Shown: positions 41,779-53,430, counted from the stretch's first letter. The stretch: DNA of 64,000 nucleotides from Pseudomonadota bacterium (GCA_043797085.1 JAZDQA010000004.1:75005-139004); one strand, 5' to 3'. A program made the numbers and translations. Notes: generated by a model not told the origin, from the sequence alone.

Positions 41779-41792
41779 TTGATGTAAGTCAA
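41779..41792 (-). promoter_or_regulatory. Fnr/Nss-type box, siroheme reductase promoter
   Basis: TTGAT-GTAA-GTCAA; minus-strand TAAAAT at 41751-41756 (22 nt gap). Confidence 0.75.
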
Positions 41793-41896
41793 TAATGTCG
41801 AATTAGAAAGTAGGGAATAAAAATATGACAAGCAGAAAACAGTATAATCATAAAAGTAGGAGTTATTCATCTGAATTTTTTAAATGGAGGTTTGGT

Positions 41897-42877
41897 TTGA
41901 GATATTTATTTATATTTTTACTTTCTATATTGCCATTGTATTCTCAAATATTTTCTGTCGCAATTGACAATGATTATCTGTTTGCTTCAGATGATCATTA
42001 TACGGGCGGAATGCAAGTGGGGTGGATTTCAGACACCTATGATGATAATATTTCAAATTTATATGTTTCATCTATGAAGGATATGGTCTCATTTTTAAAG
42101 ATAGCTGATTTTGAGGGGAAACATCAAAATGGATCTATCAACCTTCAGGAAATAATCATAACACCTAGAAATCTTTCTGAGGATAAACCCCTCTATAATG
42201 ATGTACCTTACGCAGGTGTTCTGTTGGCGAATTTTTCATATTTTTTATGGGAAACATCAATATTTGAGGAGTATAAAATCTCATTAGGAGCAGTTGGTTC
42301 CTATTCCGGCGCACAAGAATTACAACATGCTGTTCATAAGATTATTGATAATACAGACGCAAAGGGATGGGATAATCAAATCGCAGACAAGGTGCTTCTG
42401 CAAGCAGGGTATATAAAAGGTATTCGGCAATATGAAAAGAGCTTCTCTGGCGGAATGGGTTTTGACTGGTTCAATAACTACTTTTTTGATTTAGGCACTG
42501 TTTATACGGGAGCAGGGTTCGGGAGTATTGTTCGTTATGGATACAATATGCCGAAAAGTTTTCCTCAAACGGGCAGTTTGCTAAACAGTTCACAAAATGA
42601 CCAGTTAAACCTCGATACGTATGATAAAAACTGGGGCTGGAGTTTAAATGCAGGTGTTGCGGTGGATGGTGTCGGATATTCATATCTCTATGAAGAAGCA
42701 AAACGGCGTGGGTATGAGTTCGATCGTTTTCGGATTATTCCCAGAGGGCAGCTTGGTATCGATTTTTATAAAAGAGATTTACATCTCTCTGTAGAGCTTT
42801 TTCCTTTTGGTCCGACAACAAGCAGTTTTAGATCGAATAGTTTTGGACGCATAGCGTTGACGTGGCAGATCAAATAA
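41897..42877 (+). CDS. LpxR (lipid A 3'-O-deacylase)/DUF2219-family outer membrane protein
   Basis: DNDY...DDHYTGG, ITP, PYAG, GWDNQI motifs; TTG start with GGAGG SD. Confidence 0.75.
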   Translation: MRYLFIFLLSILPLYSQIFSVAIDNDYLFASDDHYTGGMQVGWISDTYDDNISNLYVSSMKDMVSFLKIADFEGKHQNGSINLQEIIITPRNLSEDKPLYNDVPYAGVLLANFSYFLWETSIFEEYKISLGAVGSYSGAQELQHAVHKIIDNTDAKGWDNQIADKVLLQAGYIKGIRQYEKSFSGGMGFDWFNNYFFDLGTVYTGAGFGSIVRYGYNMPKSFPQTGSLLNSSQNDQLNLDTYDKNWGWSLNAGVAVDGVGYSYLYEEAKRRGYEFDRFRIIPRGQLGIDFYKRDLHLSVELFPFGPTTSSFRSNSFGRIALTWQIK

Positions 42878-42888
42878 ATCATAAATGA

Positions 42889-43326
42889 CTACTTTTTTAA
42901 AAGCGAAGGAGCTGCAACTCCCAATGCGATAGCGGCTAAAATAAAGCCTGTTTTAGCGGCATAAAAAGTTGCCTGAGCCAAAAGCTCATACGAAGGAACC
43001 GGTGCGGAAACAAAATCGAGTAATGCAATAATAGTTTTAAATGCAAAAATCCCGGGAACCATCGGGATAACAGATGCAATGGTGATGATTTGATGCGGCT
43101 CTTTATAAATATTCGCAAAAACTTTTCCGATTGAACCGATAACTATCGCACCAAGCAAGGTGGCTAACTCAACACCGATACCGCTTTGTACCAGCATACT
43201 TTTTACGGCAAAGCCGATTATCGCGGTGATGGCTACAAAAATGAGAAATCTTTTGGGTACGTTAAAGATAACGGCGAATCCCAGTGCCGCCAATGCTGCG
43301 AACAATGCTTCATAGGGAATAATCAT
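42889..43326 (-). CDS. ThrE-family exporter small subunit (ThrE_2)
   Basis: FAVIFNVP, IPMVPGIFAF, 4-5 TM segments. Confidence 0.85.
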   Translation of the reverse strand: MIIPYEALFAALAALGFAVIFNVPKRFLIFVAITAIIGFAVKSMLVQSGIGVELATLLGAIVIGSIGKVFANIYKEPHQIITIASVIPMVPGIFAFKTIIALLDFVSAPVPSYELLAQATFYAAKTGFILAAIALGVAAPSLLKK

Positions 43327-44102
43327 ACGATGCTTCCTAGTAGTTTTAATCCAAGTGCAATGCCAAAAACGATTGCAAACGAGATCAAAAGTCCATGAAG
43401 ACCTCTCGCTAGTCCACTTAGATAATGTCCTTTTATGATGTCCTCAAACGTGTTTATAAGTTGTACTCCGGGTACTAGAAACAATACCGAAGAAGCCAAT
43501 GCAATGTTCGTGTCCTCCAACACGCCAAGAGATGAAAAAAGTCCAACACAGACTGTAGCCAGAAGAGATGCCAGGGTTATACTCAGGAGAGGATTGAACT
43601 CTTTAGCGTCTAATGTTTTTCTGAGTGACGCAGCCAAGAATGTAGCGATAAAAGCTGTTGCAAATTCTGCTGTCGTTCCTTTAAAAAGTGCTGCAAATGA
43701 GGCACAAGCGAGAGCAGCTGCAAAAACCTTTTGATACCCGGTAAATTGCTGATTTTGCGAGATTAGGTTTTTCGTCTGCTTTAATACATCCACAGGACTG
43801 CACGCAGAACATACATTTTTTGTCAGCTTATAAATCTCGGACAGTCTTTGCATATCGGGTTTAAGCGTCCCTATGTGGACCATTTTGGTACGAAATTCAT
43901 TCCCGCTGACCAGTGTCATGGCAATGGTCTGCGGTAAAACAGAGAGATTGACTTTATCGCAGCCAAACGTCTGTACAAGTCTGGAAAGTGTCTCTTCTAC
44001 AATACATATTTCAGCCCCGGATTCCAGCATCGTCTTGCCTACTAGAAGTGAAGCATCGGCGATTTGTTTGAGTTCTTCAATGCTCAGCTCTTTTTTTCCC
44101 AT
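43323..44102 (-). CDS. ThrE-family threonine/serine exporter large subunit
   Basis: LESGAEI.IVEETL.R, FLVPGVQLIN; start set at 44102. Confidence 0.88.
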   Translation of the reverse strand: MGKKELSIEELKQIADASLLVGKTMLESGAEICIVEETLSRLVQTFGCDKVNLSVLPQTIAMTLVSGNEFRTKMVHIGTLKPDMQRLSEIYKLTKNVCSACSPVDVLKQTKNLISQNQQFTGYQKVFAAALACASFAALFKGTTAEFATAFIATFLAASLRKTLDAKEFNPLLSITLASLLATVCVGLFSSLGVLEDTNIALASSVLFLVPGVQLINTFEDIIKGHYLSGLARGLHGLLISFAIVFGIALGLKLLGSIV

Positions 44103-44140
44103 ACAACTACCTTTGGCTTTCAATCAAATACAACCATAGT

Positions 44141-45514
44141 TTACAGCTGCATTGCTAAGTTGACGTTTTCGGCAGCTTTTACGAGAGGATACGATGTTGG
44201 CGCGGAAGTCAGCAGTGGCTGGGTTGCGATTTGCAGGGACAGAAGCGAAAAGACCGTCATCTTAGATTCGATCACCAAACCGATGAGATTGATCATCTCT
44301 CCACTCTCCACTCCTCCGATGATTTGCCCGCCGATAATCTGACCGCTGTGACGCATAGCGACGAGTTTAACCGATTGTTTCGTTGCGCCCGGAATCGAAG
44401 CAGGGTGACGATTCATCCCCTGAAATGTTCCGGTGACAATATCAATACAGGCACATTTTGCCTGATCTTCCGTCAATCCGGCAGATGAGAATACGGTATC
44501 ACCAATAACGGTCGAAAAGATCGCAATCGTGCCATTAAAGCCTTTTAGATACTCAAGCTTATAAAGCGAATTTCCAGCCGTACGACCTTCCGCTGCTGAA
44601 GTGGAGGCGAGCATCACTTTAGAAGGTTCACGGGTGATGAACTCGCGTCTAGCAGCACAGTCACCGACCGCAAAAATATCCTTGTTCGCCGTGCGCATAT
44701 ACTCATCGACCCAAATACCGCCGTATCGTGCCAGCTTCAATCCTGCATCATGAGCCAAAGATGTGTTGGGTTTGTAGCCCGTTGCAAGAATGATCACTTC
44801 TGAGTCAATCACTCTGCCACTGCACAGTTGAACACCCGTAGCTCGTTCGCCATTGTCTACGATGGTATCGACATAATCTCCCATCTCGAGAGCGATTCCT
44901 GCATTACGAATAATGGCTTCCGCTTCGTGTGCAAGTTCTACGTCAAAAGCGGCTTTAAGGACTTGGGTGCTTCCCCCGATAATGGTCACTTTTTTACCGG
45001 ACAAGGCGAGTTCCATCCCCATTTCGATTCCGATGAATCCACTCCCTACAATGGTGATCGTCTGCTTATCTTCGATATACGTTTTGAGCTCATCAATCAG
45101 GATTTTATTTTTAGGGATTGTAAAAACCCCCTTTAAATGGGTGGCACTTTCAAGGGCGGAATGGACAAAAGGTGTTGAACCTGTTGCAAATATCAATTTA
45201 TCAAAGGTAATCGCATGATGATCGCTGTAGGCAGTTTTTTCTTTTATATCTACTTTTTCGACTTTTGCGATGAGTCCTTTGATCCCCATCTTCATCCCTT
45301 GCTCGCAGGAGGAAATATTTTTTTCACTGCTTCCCAGCGTCGGTCCGAAAATATAAGGGATAGCGCAAGGGACGAGTTGTTGCTCATATTCGCGAATGAC
45401 TAAAATTTCTTTGTCAGGATAGTTGTTTTTTGCGGTCATTGCTGCAACACCGCCTGCAGGACCCCCGCCTATAATCAGGACATCGCACGTTATCGTTTCT
45501 AATTTTAGTTCCAT
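44141..45514 (-). CDS. FAD-dependent pyridine nucleotide-disulfide oxidoreductase (NADH oxidase/CoA-disulfide reductase family)
   Basis: GGGPAG, single redox Cys (PCAIPY), ATGS, GSGFIGIE, AVGDC. Confidence 0.88.
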   Translation of the reverse strand: MELKLETITCDVLIIGGGPAGGVAAMTAKNNYPDKEILVIREYEQQLVPCAIPYIFGPTLGSSEKNISSCEQGMKMGIKGLIAKVEKVDIKEKTAYSDHHAITFDKLIFATGSTPFVHSALESATHLKGVFTIPKNKILIDELKTYIEDKQTITIVGSGFIGIEMGMELALSGKKVTIIGGSTQVLKAAFDVELAHEAEAIIRNAGIALEMGDYVDTIVDNGERATGVQLCSGRVIDSEVIILATGYKPNTSLAHDAGLKLARYGGIWVDEYMRTANKDIFAVGDCAARREFITREPSKVMLASTSAAEGRTAGNSLYKLEYLKGFNGTIAIFSTVIGDTVFSSAGLTEDQAKCACIDIVTGTFQGMNRHPASIPGATKQSVKLVAMRHSGQIIGGQIIGGVESGEMINLIGLVIESKMTVFSLLSLQIATQPLLTSAPTSYPLVKAAENVNLAMQL

Positions 45515-47340
45515 AGTGTCTCTTTTTTTAAAAGTTGTCGATTTTTTTTGGATACCGTGTGCATGTCATGGAGAATGCGTTTGAGAACATCGATTGTATC
45601 AATCGCAAACGCTCCCTTGTTGAGCATCACACACTCTGCACGCCCTGCCATCGCTGCGTCGGTCACTTCGGCACGACTGGGAAGATTGTTTTTCATCTTA
45701 CTTTCCAACACCTGTGTTGCCCAAATAACAGGTAAATGAGCCGCATCACAAATATCGAGCAGGGCTTCTTGAATATACGCCATATTCTCAAACCCAACCT
45801 CGATAGCCAAATCCCCGCGAGCGATCATGACACCGCTTTTTTCCCACGTAAGGAGTTGTTTGATGATTTCAGGTGTATTGGTGATTGCCTGTCGGGTTTC
45901 TATTTTGGCAATTATACCGACATCGGTGCGATTGTTTTTGGCAAGAAGCATTTGAAGATCACGTATATCCGCACTGCTTTGGCAAAAGGAGAGACTCAGA
46001 CTATCGGCAAAATCGAGAACTGCAAGGGCATTGGCATTGTCGACTTCGGTTAGTGCCGAAATTTGAATATTGGTATCCGGAAAATTAATCCCTTTTTCTT
46101 CTTTTAGCAAAGTCCCTCCCGCTTTTGAAATATCAACACGGCAGAGTATCGCGTCACCTTGATTCTCGATAACACTTAAGCCTATTTTTCCATCATCTAT
46201 GAAAACTTTTTCCCCCGCTTGGATCGTGCGGATTATCCCTTTGACGGTACAGCTGATAAGGGCTGGAATCAAATTTTTGTTTTCATCCAGCTGTGCAGAT
46301 TTCCCTTCGATCTCCTTTTCGGTGATGGTGAGATGATCCCCGATAAAAAGGCGTATAGGATCTTTTTGATTTTGAATATTGTGTACCTTACCCTCATGGC
46401 CGTCGCATCTGAGTTTGGTTTTTTTATCGATAAAAACTTTTTTATTAATGGTTCCCCGTGCATATGTTTCATCGATATGACTCAACAAAATGATCGCTTT
46501 TTTCTGGTTCACATCAACGATTTTTATGGACTTATTAAGCCTGAGTTTTTTGAAAAATTTTCCATCGACTGCTATTTGAGCGGAAATCTTTTCCATTGTG
46601 ACTTCATCAGTACATTCTCTCTTTGTAGCAGCATCGCCGTGATAAATGAAAATTTCTTTTTCTTGTTTATTGCTTCCGATTTCAAGAGGGATTTCAACGT
46701 CACTTATTTTTCCGGTTCTAATTTTTGGACCGGCGAGATCGACAAAAATTTTGATTTTTTCAGATGCCTGAAGATGCTCATTGATTGAGATGATCACATC
46801 CGACATTGCTTTCCATACCTGAATCGAATCATGTGCCGTATTGATTCGAAATACACTCACTCCAGCTTCTGCGAGTTGATGGATTAAAAGACCGTTGTTT
46901 TCTGCCGCATTGGAGGGAAGGGTTACCATTACGGTGGTAATTTGGTGACTGAGCTTGGAGCTTGCTTTTCCTCCAAAAATGGCTTTACTGTTTTTTGACG
47001 CGATTGTAATCGCCTCTGTGATTGAAAGATGATGAAATTCTGCCATGAGCTCTGGGCTGATTTGTTCACGTCCCAGTGAACTGCTAAGTTGATCATAAAG
47101 GCTATCAACGCTTGCGGCGACATGGGCAAACGATCTCCCAAGTGAGGAAAGTGAGAGCGAAAAAAGTTTTTCTTGCAGTTGGGTTTGATCTTTTTTTCGT
47201 AAGAGCATATACTGATTTAGATTCAATAAGCTCTGTGACCTTGGGTACTCACTGTTCACTTCATCGCGTGCTGCCAGTAGATATTTTCGGAGGATTTCGA
47301 TATCTCCGAGTGCAGATTCCATCACAAATTGATCCAGCAT
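45505..47340 (-). CDS. atypical pyruvate kinase-family protein
   Basis: FRINTAHD, DLAGPKIRTG, KGINFP, AKIET, MIARGDL, ATQVLES, AECVMLNKG. N-terminal extension, enlarged B domain, no C-terminal allosteric domain. AAGGAG SD precedes ATG 47340. Confidence 0.85.
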   Translation of the reverse strand: MLDQFVMESALGDIEILRKYLLAARDEVNSEYPRSQSLLNLNQYMLLRKKDQTQLQEKLFSLSLSSLGRSFAHVAASVDSLYDQLSSSLGREQISPELMAEFHHLSITEAITIASKNSKAIFGGKASSKLSHQITTVMVTLPSNAAENNGLLIHQLAEAGVSVFRINTAHDSIQVWKAMSDVIISINEHLQASEKIKIFVDLAGPKIRTGKISDVEIPLEIGSNKQEKEIFIYHGDAATKRECTDEVTMEKISAQIAVDGKFFKKLRLNKSIKIVDVNQKKAIILLSHIDETYARGTINKKVFIDKKTKLRCDGHEGKVHNIQNQKDPIRLFIGDHLTITEKEIEGKSAQLDENKNLIPALISCTVKGIIRTIQAGEKVFIDDGKIGLSVIENQGDAILCRVDISKAGGTLLKEEKGINFPDTNIQISALTEVDNANALAVLDFADSLSLSFCQSSADIRDLQMLLAKNNRTDVGIIAKIETRQAITNTPEIIKQLLTWEKSGVMIARGDLAIEVGFENMAYIQEALLDICDAAHLPVIWATQVLESKMKNNLPSRAEVTDAAMAGRAECVMLNKGAFAIDTIDVLKRILHDMHTVSKKNRQLLKKETLWN

Positions 47341-47460
47341 AGTCGCTCCTTGGTATGGCCTTGCACCATTGACTATCATAATTATGGATGAAAACGATTA
47401 CATGGCGATTACTCTATGCCGTAAATCGTAACCAGATTCGAACACGGTTCTAGTTTGGTA

Positions 47461-47874
47461 TTATAATTTAGTCTCTTGATCTTGCAATAGTGAAGCCAAT
47501 GTCGTAACGGTAAGCATCTCTTCGATCATCGCTTTTGGTGGGGCCCATTGACCGTGCAAAGCGCAAGGGTTGGACGCATCACATTTTTCAAATCCCAAAA
47601 TACATCGATCCGATTCGAGAGGTTCGCCAATCGCTTCCAATATGTCAGATAAATGGATGAAATCGGCAGCTTTTGCCAAGCTAATTCCACCTTCACGACC
47701 ACGAGAGGAGTTTACTAACCCTTTTTTGACGAGATCGGTCACCATTTTAGTAAGGTATTTATAGGGTAGATTTAATGCTTGATGAAGTTCGTTAACCGAA
47801 TGAGTGGTTTCATTATGGCGATGAAGGTAGGTAAGGACGCGAATGGCGTATTCGGCGGTTTTTGAAAAATGCAT
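47461..47874 (-). CDS. Rrf2-family transcriptional regulator with Fe-S cysteines
   Basis: EYAIRVL, RGREGG wing, C-x6-C-x5-C..H. Confidence 0.9.
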   Translation of the reverse strand: MHFSKTAEYAIRVLTYLHRHNETTHSVNELHQALNLPYKYLTKMVTDLVKKGLVNSSRGREGGISLAKAADFIHLSDILEAIGEPLESDRCILGFEKCDASNPCALHGQWAPPKAMIEEMLTVTTLASLLQDQETKL

Positions 47875-47930
47875 CTATTATCCTTCTTTAGCAGTATTAT
47901 ACAATTTTTTAGGCGTTGAGGATGAGCAGA

Positions 47931-48194
47931 TTAGGGTGTAGTGAGGGGTAAATAATACGCCACCGCGATCAAAAAGAGAATAAGTATTAACCAAAGCGTT
48001 GGTATGACTCGGTATTTAAACTGAACTTCTTTTAAACCCATAAAATAATCACTTATCAATTGCCCTTTTAACAATGTGCTTAGTAATAAAATACCCACCA
48101 AAAGCGTATTGATTAGTTTTAAATATCCTAATAAAAAAGCAAAAAGAGACAATACTATTAAAATAATCCAAATACGTTCTGCAATCTTTTTCAT
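47931..48194 (-). CDS. NorF-like / cytochrome c oxidase subunit IV family membrane protein
   Basis: Three TM helices, KGQLISDYFMGL motif, directly downstream of norE. Confidence 0.7.
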   Translation of the reverse strand: MKKIAERIWIILIVLSLFAFLLGYLKLINTLLVGILLLSTLLKGQLISDYFMGLKEVQFKYRVIPTLWLILILFLIAVAYYLPLTTP

Positions 48195-48205
48195 TGTCAC
48201 CATTC

Positions 48206-48805
48206 CTACCGCAGGATATAAACTAAAGGGAAAAGGACAATCCACAGTAAATCCACTAAATGCCAATAAAGTGCGCCTGTTTCAAGCCCTCTGCAATTCT
48301 CAGGACTGTAGCCATGAATTTTTGTTTTTCGGTAAAGATTGAATAAAATAATGACACCCAAAGAGACGTGCATAAAATGAAACATCGTTAACAGCAGATA
48401 AAACATAAAAAATGTATTGGTACTGAGGGTAATTCCCTGCGCAAAGAAATGAGAAAACTCAGTGAACTTTAAAACGAGAAACAGAATCCCTAAAAGCATC
48501 GCAGCTAAAAGCCATTTTGAAGCAATGATACTTGATTCATAAGCATTGCTTTGAGCCATGTTTTTGATTTTTTGAACCGCTTTGACGATAAAAAAACTGC
48601 TTGTAATTAAAATAAGTGTATTTATAAATCCGATACTTTGGTTGAGTAAAAGTTGAGAATCATTAAACATTTGCAGATTGACTCTACGTGAAAAAGCGTA
48701 TCCTGTAAACAATAACCCAAACGTCAGTAACTCCACGTAGACGATGATCCAAATGGCAAAATCACCCGGTGGATAGGGCTCTTTTTGTGAAAGAATTTTA
48801 GACAT
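48206..48805 (-). CDS. norE: NorE-like (cytochrome c oxidase subunit III family)
   Basis: NTLILITSS, FHFMHV, LYWHLVDLLWIVLFPLVY. Confidence 0.85.
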   Translation of the reverse strand: MSKILSQKEPYPPGDFAIWIIVYVELLTFGLLFTGYAFSRRVNLQMFNDSQLLLNQSIGFINTLILITSSFFIVKAVQKIKNMAQSNAYESSIIASKWLLAAMLLGILFLVLKFTEFSHFFAQGITLSTNTFFMFYLLLTMFHFMHVSLGVIILFNLYRKTKIHGYSPENCRGLETGALYWHLVDLLWIVLFPLVYILR

Positions 48806-49589
48806 GTAAGCTTTTGGTAAAATGGAGTGATATTAGCTTTTCAAGCACGTCTAGGACATCCTCTTCATCACTGAGCGATTCGACAATCGAATGCATACAC
48901 GCTTGATAAGGGTCAAAACCTTTTGTGATTAATTTACCTGCATAAATGAGTAATCGTGTTGATACCGCTTCTTGAATATCGCTGTCGCTTAGTCGGCGGA
49001 TTTCACCGGCTATATCGACAAGCTTTTGGGCTGTAGTACTTTCTACTCCACTTTCTTTAATAATGATTTCTTTTTCTATTTCAGGTTTTGGATAATCAAA
49101 ACTCAGTGAAATAAAGCGTTGTTTGGTACTGGGTTTCATCCCTTTTAATACATTCTGATACCCTGGATTGTACGATACTACGAGCATAAAATCAGGATGG
49201 GCAGTGATGACTTCACCGGTACGATCAATCGGTAAAACTCGACGATAATCGGCAAGAGAATGTAGTACTACCGTCGTATCTTTTCGCGCTTCGATAATCT
49301 CATCGAGATAGCAAATGCCCCCGTTACGCACCGCCTTTGTCAATGGTCCGTCTTGCCAATACGTGCCGTTTTCATCGATAAGGTGACGACCGACCAAATC
49401 GGCGGCACTGAGATCATCATGACAAACGACAGTATAAACATCGCGATCCAGCTCTTCCCCCATCGCTTCGACAAACCGTGTTTTTCCGCATCCTGTCGGT
49501 CCTTTGATTAATATAGGGAGGTTCATCCCCGCAGCCGCTTTGAAAAGCTCAACTTCGTTACCTTGGGGTAAATAGTACGTTTTTGACAT
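48798..49589 (-). CDS. norQ: NorQ AAA+ ATPase (MoxR/CbbQ family)
   Basis: KGPTGCGKT, YLDEIIEAR, SYNPGYQ, STRLL. Confidence 0.93.
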   Translation of the reverse strand: MSKTYYLPQGNEVELFKAAAGMNLPILIKGPTGCGKTRFVEAMGEELDRDVYTVVCHDDLSAADLVGRHLIDENGTYWQDGPLTKAVRNGGICYLDEIIEARKDTTVVLHSLADYRRVLPIDRTGEVITAHPDFMLVVSYNPGYQNVLKGMKPSTKQRFISLSFDYPKPEIEKEIIIKESGVESTTAQKLVDIAGEIRRLSDSDIQEAVSTRLLIYAGKLITKGFDPYQACMHSIVESLSDEEDVLDVLEKLISLHFTKSLHV

Positions 49590-49601
49590 AATGGTTCTCC
49601 T

Positions 49602-51367
49602 TTATTTGGTTAAATTCATATAGATTTCGGGTAAAACTTTTGGGAGTTTTTTGGCATCACGGATCACGGCGTATGAGTTTCTACCGAAAAGATAGGGGAG
49701 GTACTCTTTCGCATCGATATCGATCGTGATACAAAACGGAGTGATTCCCTTTTTCTTTACTTCTTCAATCGCTTTTTTCGTATCTTCGATCCCATAGCGC
49801 CCATCGTAGCGATCGACATCATTGGGTTTCCCGTCACTTAGAATCAGCAGGAGCTTATTGGCGCTTTGTTGTTTTTCTAAAATCTTGGCACTTTCGCGTA
49901 TTCCAGCCCCCATGCGGGTGTAATACCCAGGTTTGATGGCATGAATACGTCCTCGAACGTTGTCACTGTAGGCTTCTTTAAAATTTTTGATGATGTGAAA
50001 GTTGACTTTGGTATTTTTGATCGATGAAAAGGTATAGATGGCAAATCGATCTTGAAGACGGTGCAGGGATTCGGAAAATACCATCAATGCATCTTGGATC
50101 ATGTCGATGACACGTATCTCTTGCGTGATCCCAGCCTCCGTAGAGAGGGAAACATCCGCTAAAATCAATGTTGACATATCGCGCATCTTTCGCTCAAAGG
50201 TTTGAAAAAATCGCTGTGGATGGTTTGAACGATTTTGATGCCCTTTGTAATCGATCCACGACTCGATATTGATCTCATCGCCATAGGGGAGATTGTCTCT
50301 TTTGATCCGATCCAGTTCCATCAAATCAAGTTCACTTTGAATACGGCGCATCATTTTTTGCAGTCGTTTGGGTAATTCGATGGGCTGTGTGTGGAGCGAA
50401 ATAATGGGTTTTATACAGACATAGTTTTTGAGATAGACCTCTTTTTTATAGTCCCACTCATCGATAAAATGCCCTTTGCCCAGAGGATATTCTTCAACAC
50501 TGTTAGCCGAAATATCCAAATCCATTTTGATTCGTGCAGAGAGATTAGCATCTTTTTGACCCAGCGTTATCTCTTCTAAATCTTCGGCATTGTAAAGAGC
50601 ATCTTCATCAAAACTGTCATTTTCCTGCCGATCAACTCGCACTTGTTCCATCAGACTCATTATCGATTCAGGTAAAAAGAGCAGAAGTCCATCGGTCTCT
50701 TTTTTATCCTCGATTTGTTCGGTTTTTTTCTTCATCTGCAAGGTTTCACTCGTCCGAGGCTCGTCATTTTGTCGGAGAACTTCTTCTTCATCACCGCTAT
50801 CTAGGAGTTTATTCGAAGTAGAGAGTGAGGGGTAAATCCATAATAGATTGGGATAATTATCTGCTGATGAGCCTTCGATGGAAGGTTCAATTGTGGATAA
50901 TTCAGGATAGTGTTCGCGTAAATAGTGATGTGCATACGTATAAAATTCATGAAATCCAATATACTTTTCGATGAGACCATTGAGTGCATTGGTATTTTCT
51001 TCAGTCCTGTTTTTACGTTTGATATTCACGTTTGCAAGCATGGCGATCAACCAATAATAGTGCATCTCATTGTGCGCTTTCAGGGGAAAATACGCCAAAG
51101 TTGCAGGAAGGTAAATTCCTTTCTCATCTTGCCATGCAAGGAAAAAAGTTTTACCGGTTCCTGAAAATTTTTCGAGCAGTGTTCGTGAGGTTTTAATCGA
51201 TCGTTTGTCGGTAACATGAAGTTCTTTACCCTTTTCACCTCCTAGGAGGTGATAAAAGATTTTTAACCCTTTGGCAATGTCCGTAAAAACAACCTCTTCT
51301 TCTTTAAAAAGACGAGATGCTTTTTTCGTGACATAATGATCCCAAAATTTACCGACTTTTTCATCCA

Positions 51368-51368
<1 letters not shown>
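49602..51368 (-). CDS. norD: NorD VWA-domain activation protein
   Basis: MIDAS DVSLST, GYYTRMG, LSDGKPNDVDRYDGRYGIEDT. Confidence 0.92.
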
Positions 51369-52759
<1,391 letters not shown>

Positions 52760-53206
52760 TTATCCTTTGATATTTGGCGGCCACTCTTGATTGTTGACAC
52801 GAGATGTCCAAATCAAAAAGTCTGCAAGATTAGTCACTTGTTCAGGTGTTAAATGAAACTGAGGCATTTTTCTTCTATGTGGTATATCCATCGGCTGTGC
52901 CGCCATCCATCCGGCAAGATAAGTTTTGAATACTTCTTCATCGCCTCCGCCTAAACGTTGGAATGCGTTTCCAAGTTCCGGAGCATAATAAGCACCTTCA
53001 CCCATAATCGTATGACAACCAACACAATTGTTGTTTTCCCATACTTTTTTTCCAAGAGTAACAGATGCAGTAATCTTGTCATCATGACTTAATTTCGGGA
53101 TTTGCTTAACGGTATCAAAGGTAAGCCCGGTAAATACCAAAATGGCAAAAAGACCTCCGCCAAAGTAAATATTTCTGGCCATATTTTTAGTAATACGTTC
53201 AGACAT
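52760..53206 (-). CDS. norC: nitric oxide reductase subunit C
   Basis: TM anchor, CVGCH, YYAPEL, RKMPQF; start at ATG 53206. Confidence 0.95.
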   Translation of the reverse strand: MSERITKNMARNIYFGGGLFAILVFTGLTFDTVKQIPKLSHDDKITASVTLGKKVWENNNCVGCHTIMGEGAYYAPELGNAFQRLGGGDEEVFKTYLAGWMAAQPMDIPHRRKMPQFHLTPEQVTNLADFLIWTSRVNNQEWPPNIKG

Positions 53207-53222
53207 TTTAACTCCTATTTTT

Positions 53223-53291
53223 AATTCCACCATAGGGTAGTAATTGTAATATTAGCGGAATAGTTTTTAATTCTACCTTTAAGTAGTAATT
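53223..53291. promoter_or_regulatory. two copies of a 23-bp pseudo-palindromic motif in the norC promoter
   Basis: AATTCCACCATAGGGTAGTAATT (53223-45) and AATTCTACCTTTAAGTAGTAATT (53269-91), 18/23 identical. Copy 1 overlaps the minus-strand TACAAT (53243-48). Confidence 0.55.
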
Positions 53292-53408
53292 AAATGAACG
53301 GTTGTTTATAGGAAAGCTATTAAAAGGGATTAAAAACTCAATAGTGTGAAGAAAATAGTGGGGATTTATATTCGTTATGTCAGTTTTAAGGAAAAAAAGG
53401 TGAGTAAA

Positions 53409-53430
53409 ATCCCTCGGAAGAAGGAGGGAT
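53409..53430 (-). terminator. probable terminator hairpin after nirS
   Basis: ATCCCTC-N8-GAGGGAT stem followed on the minus strand by TTTT. Confidence 0.55.
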
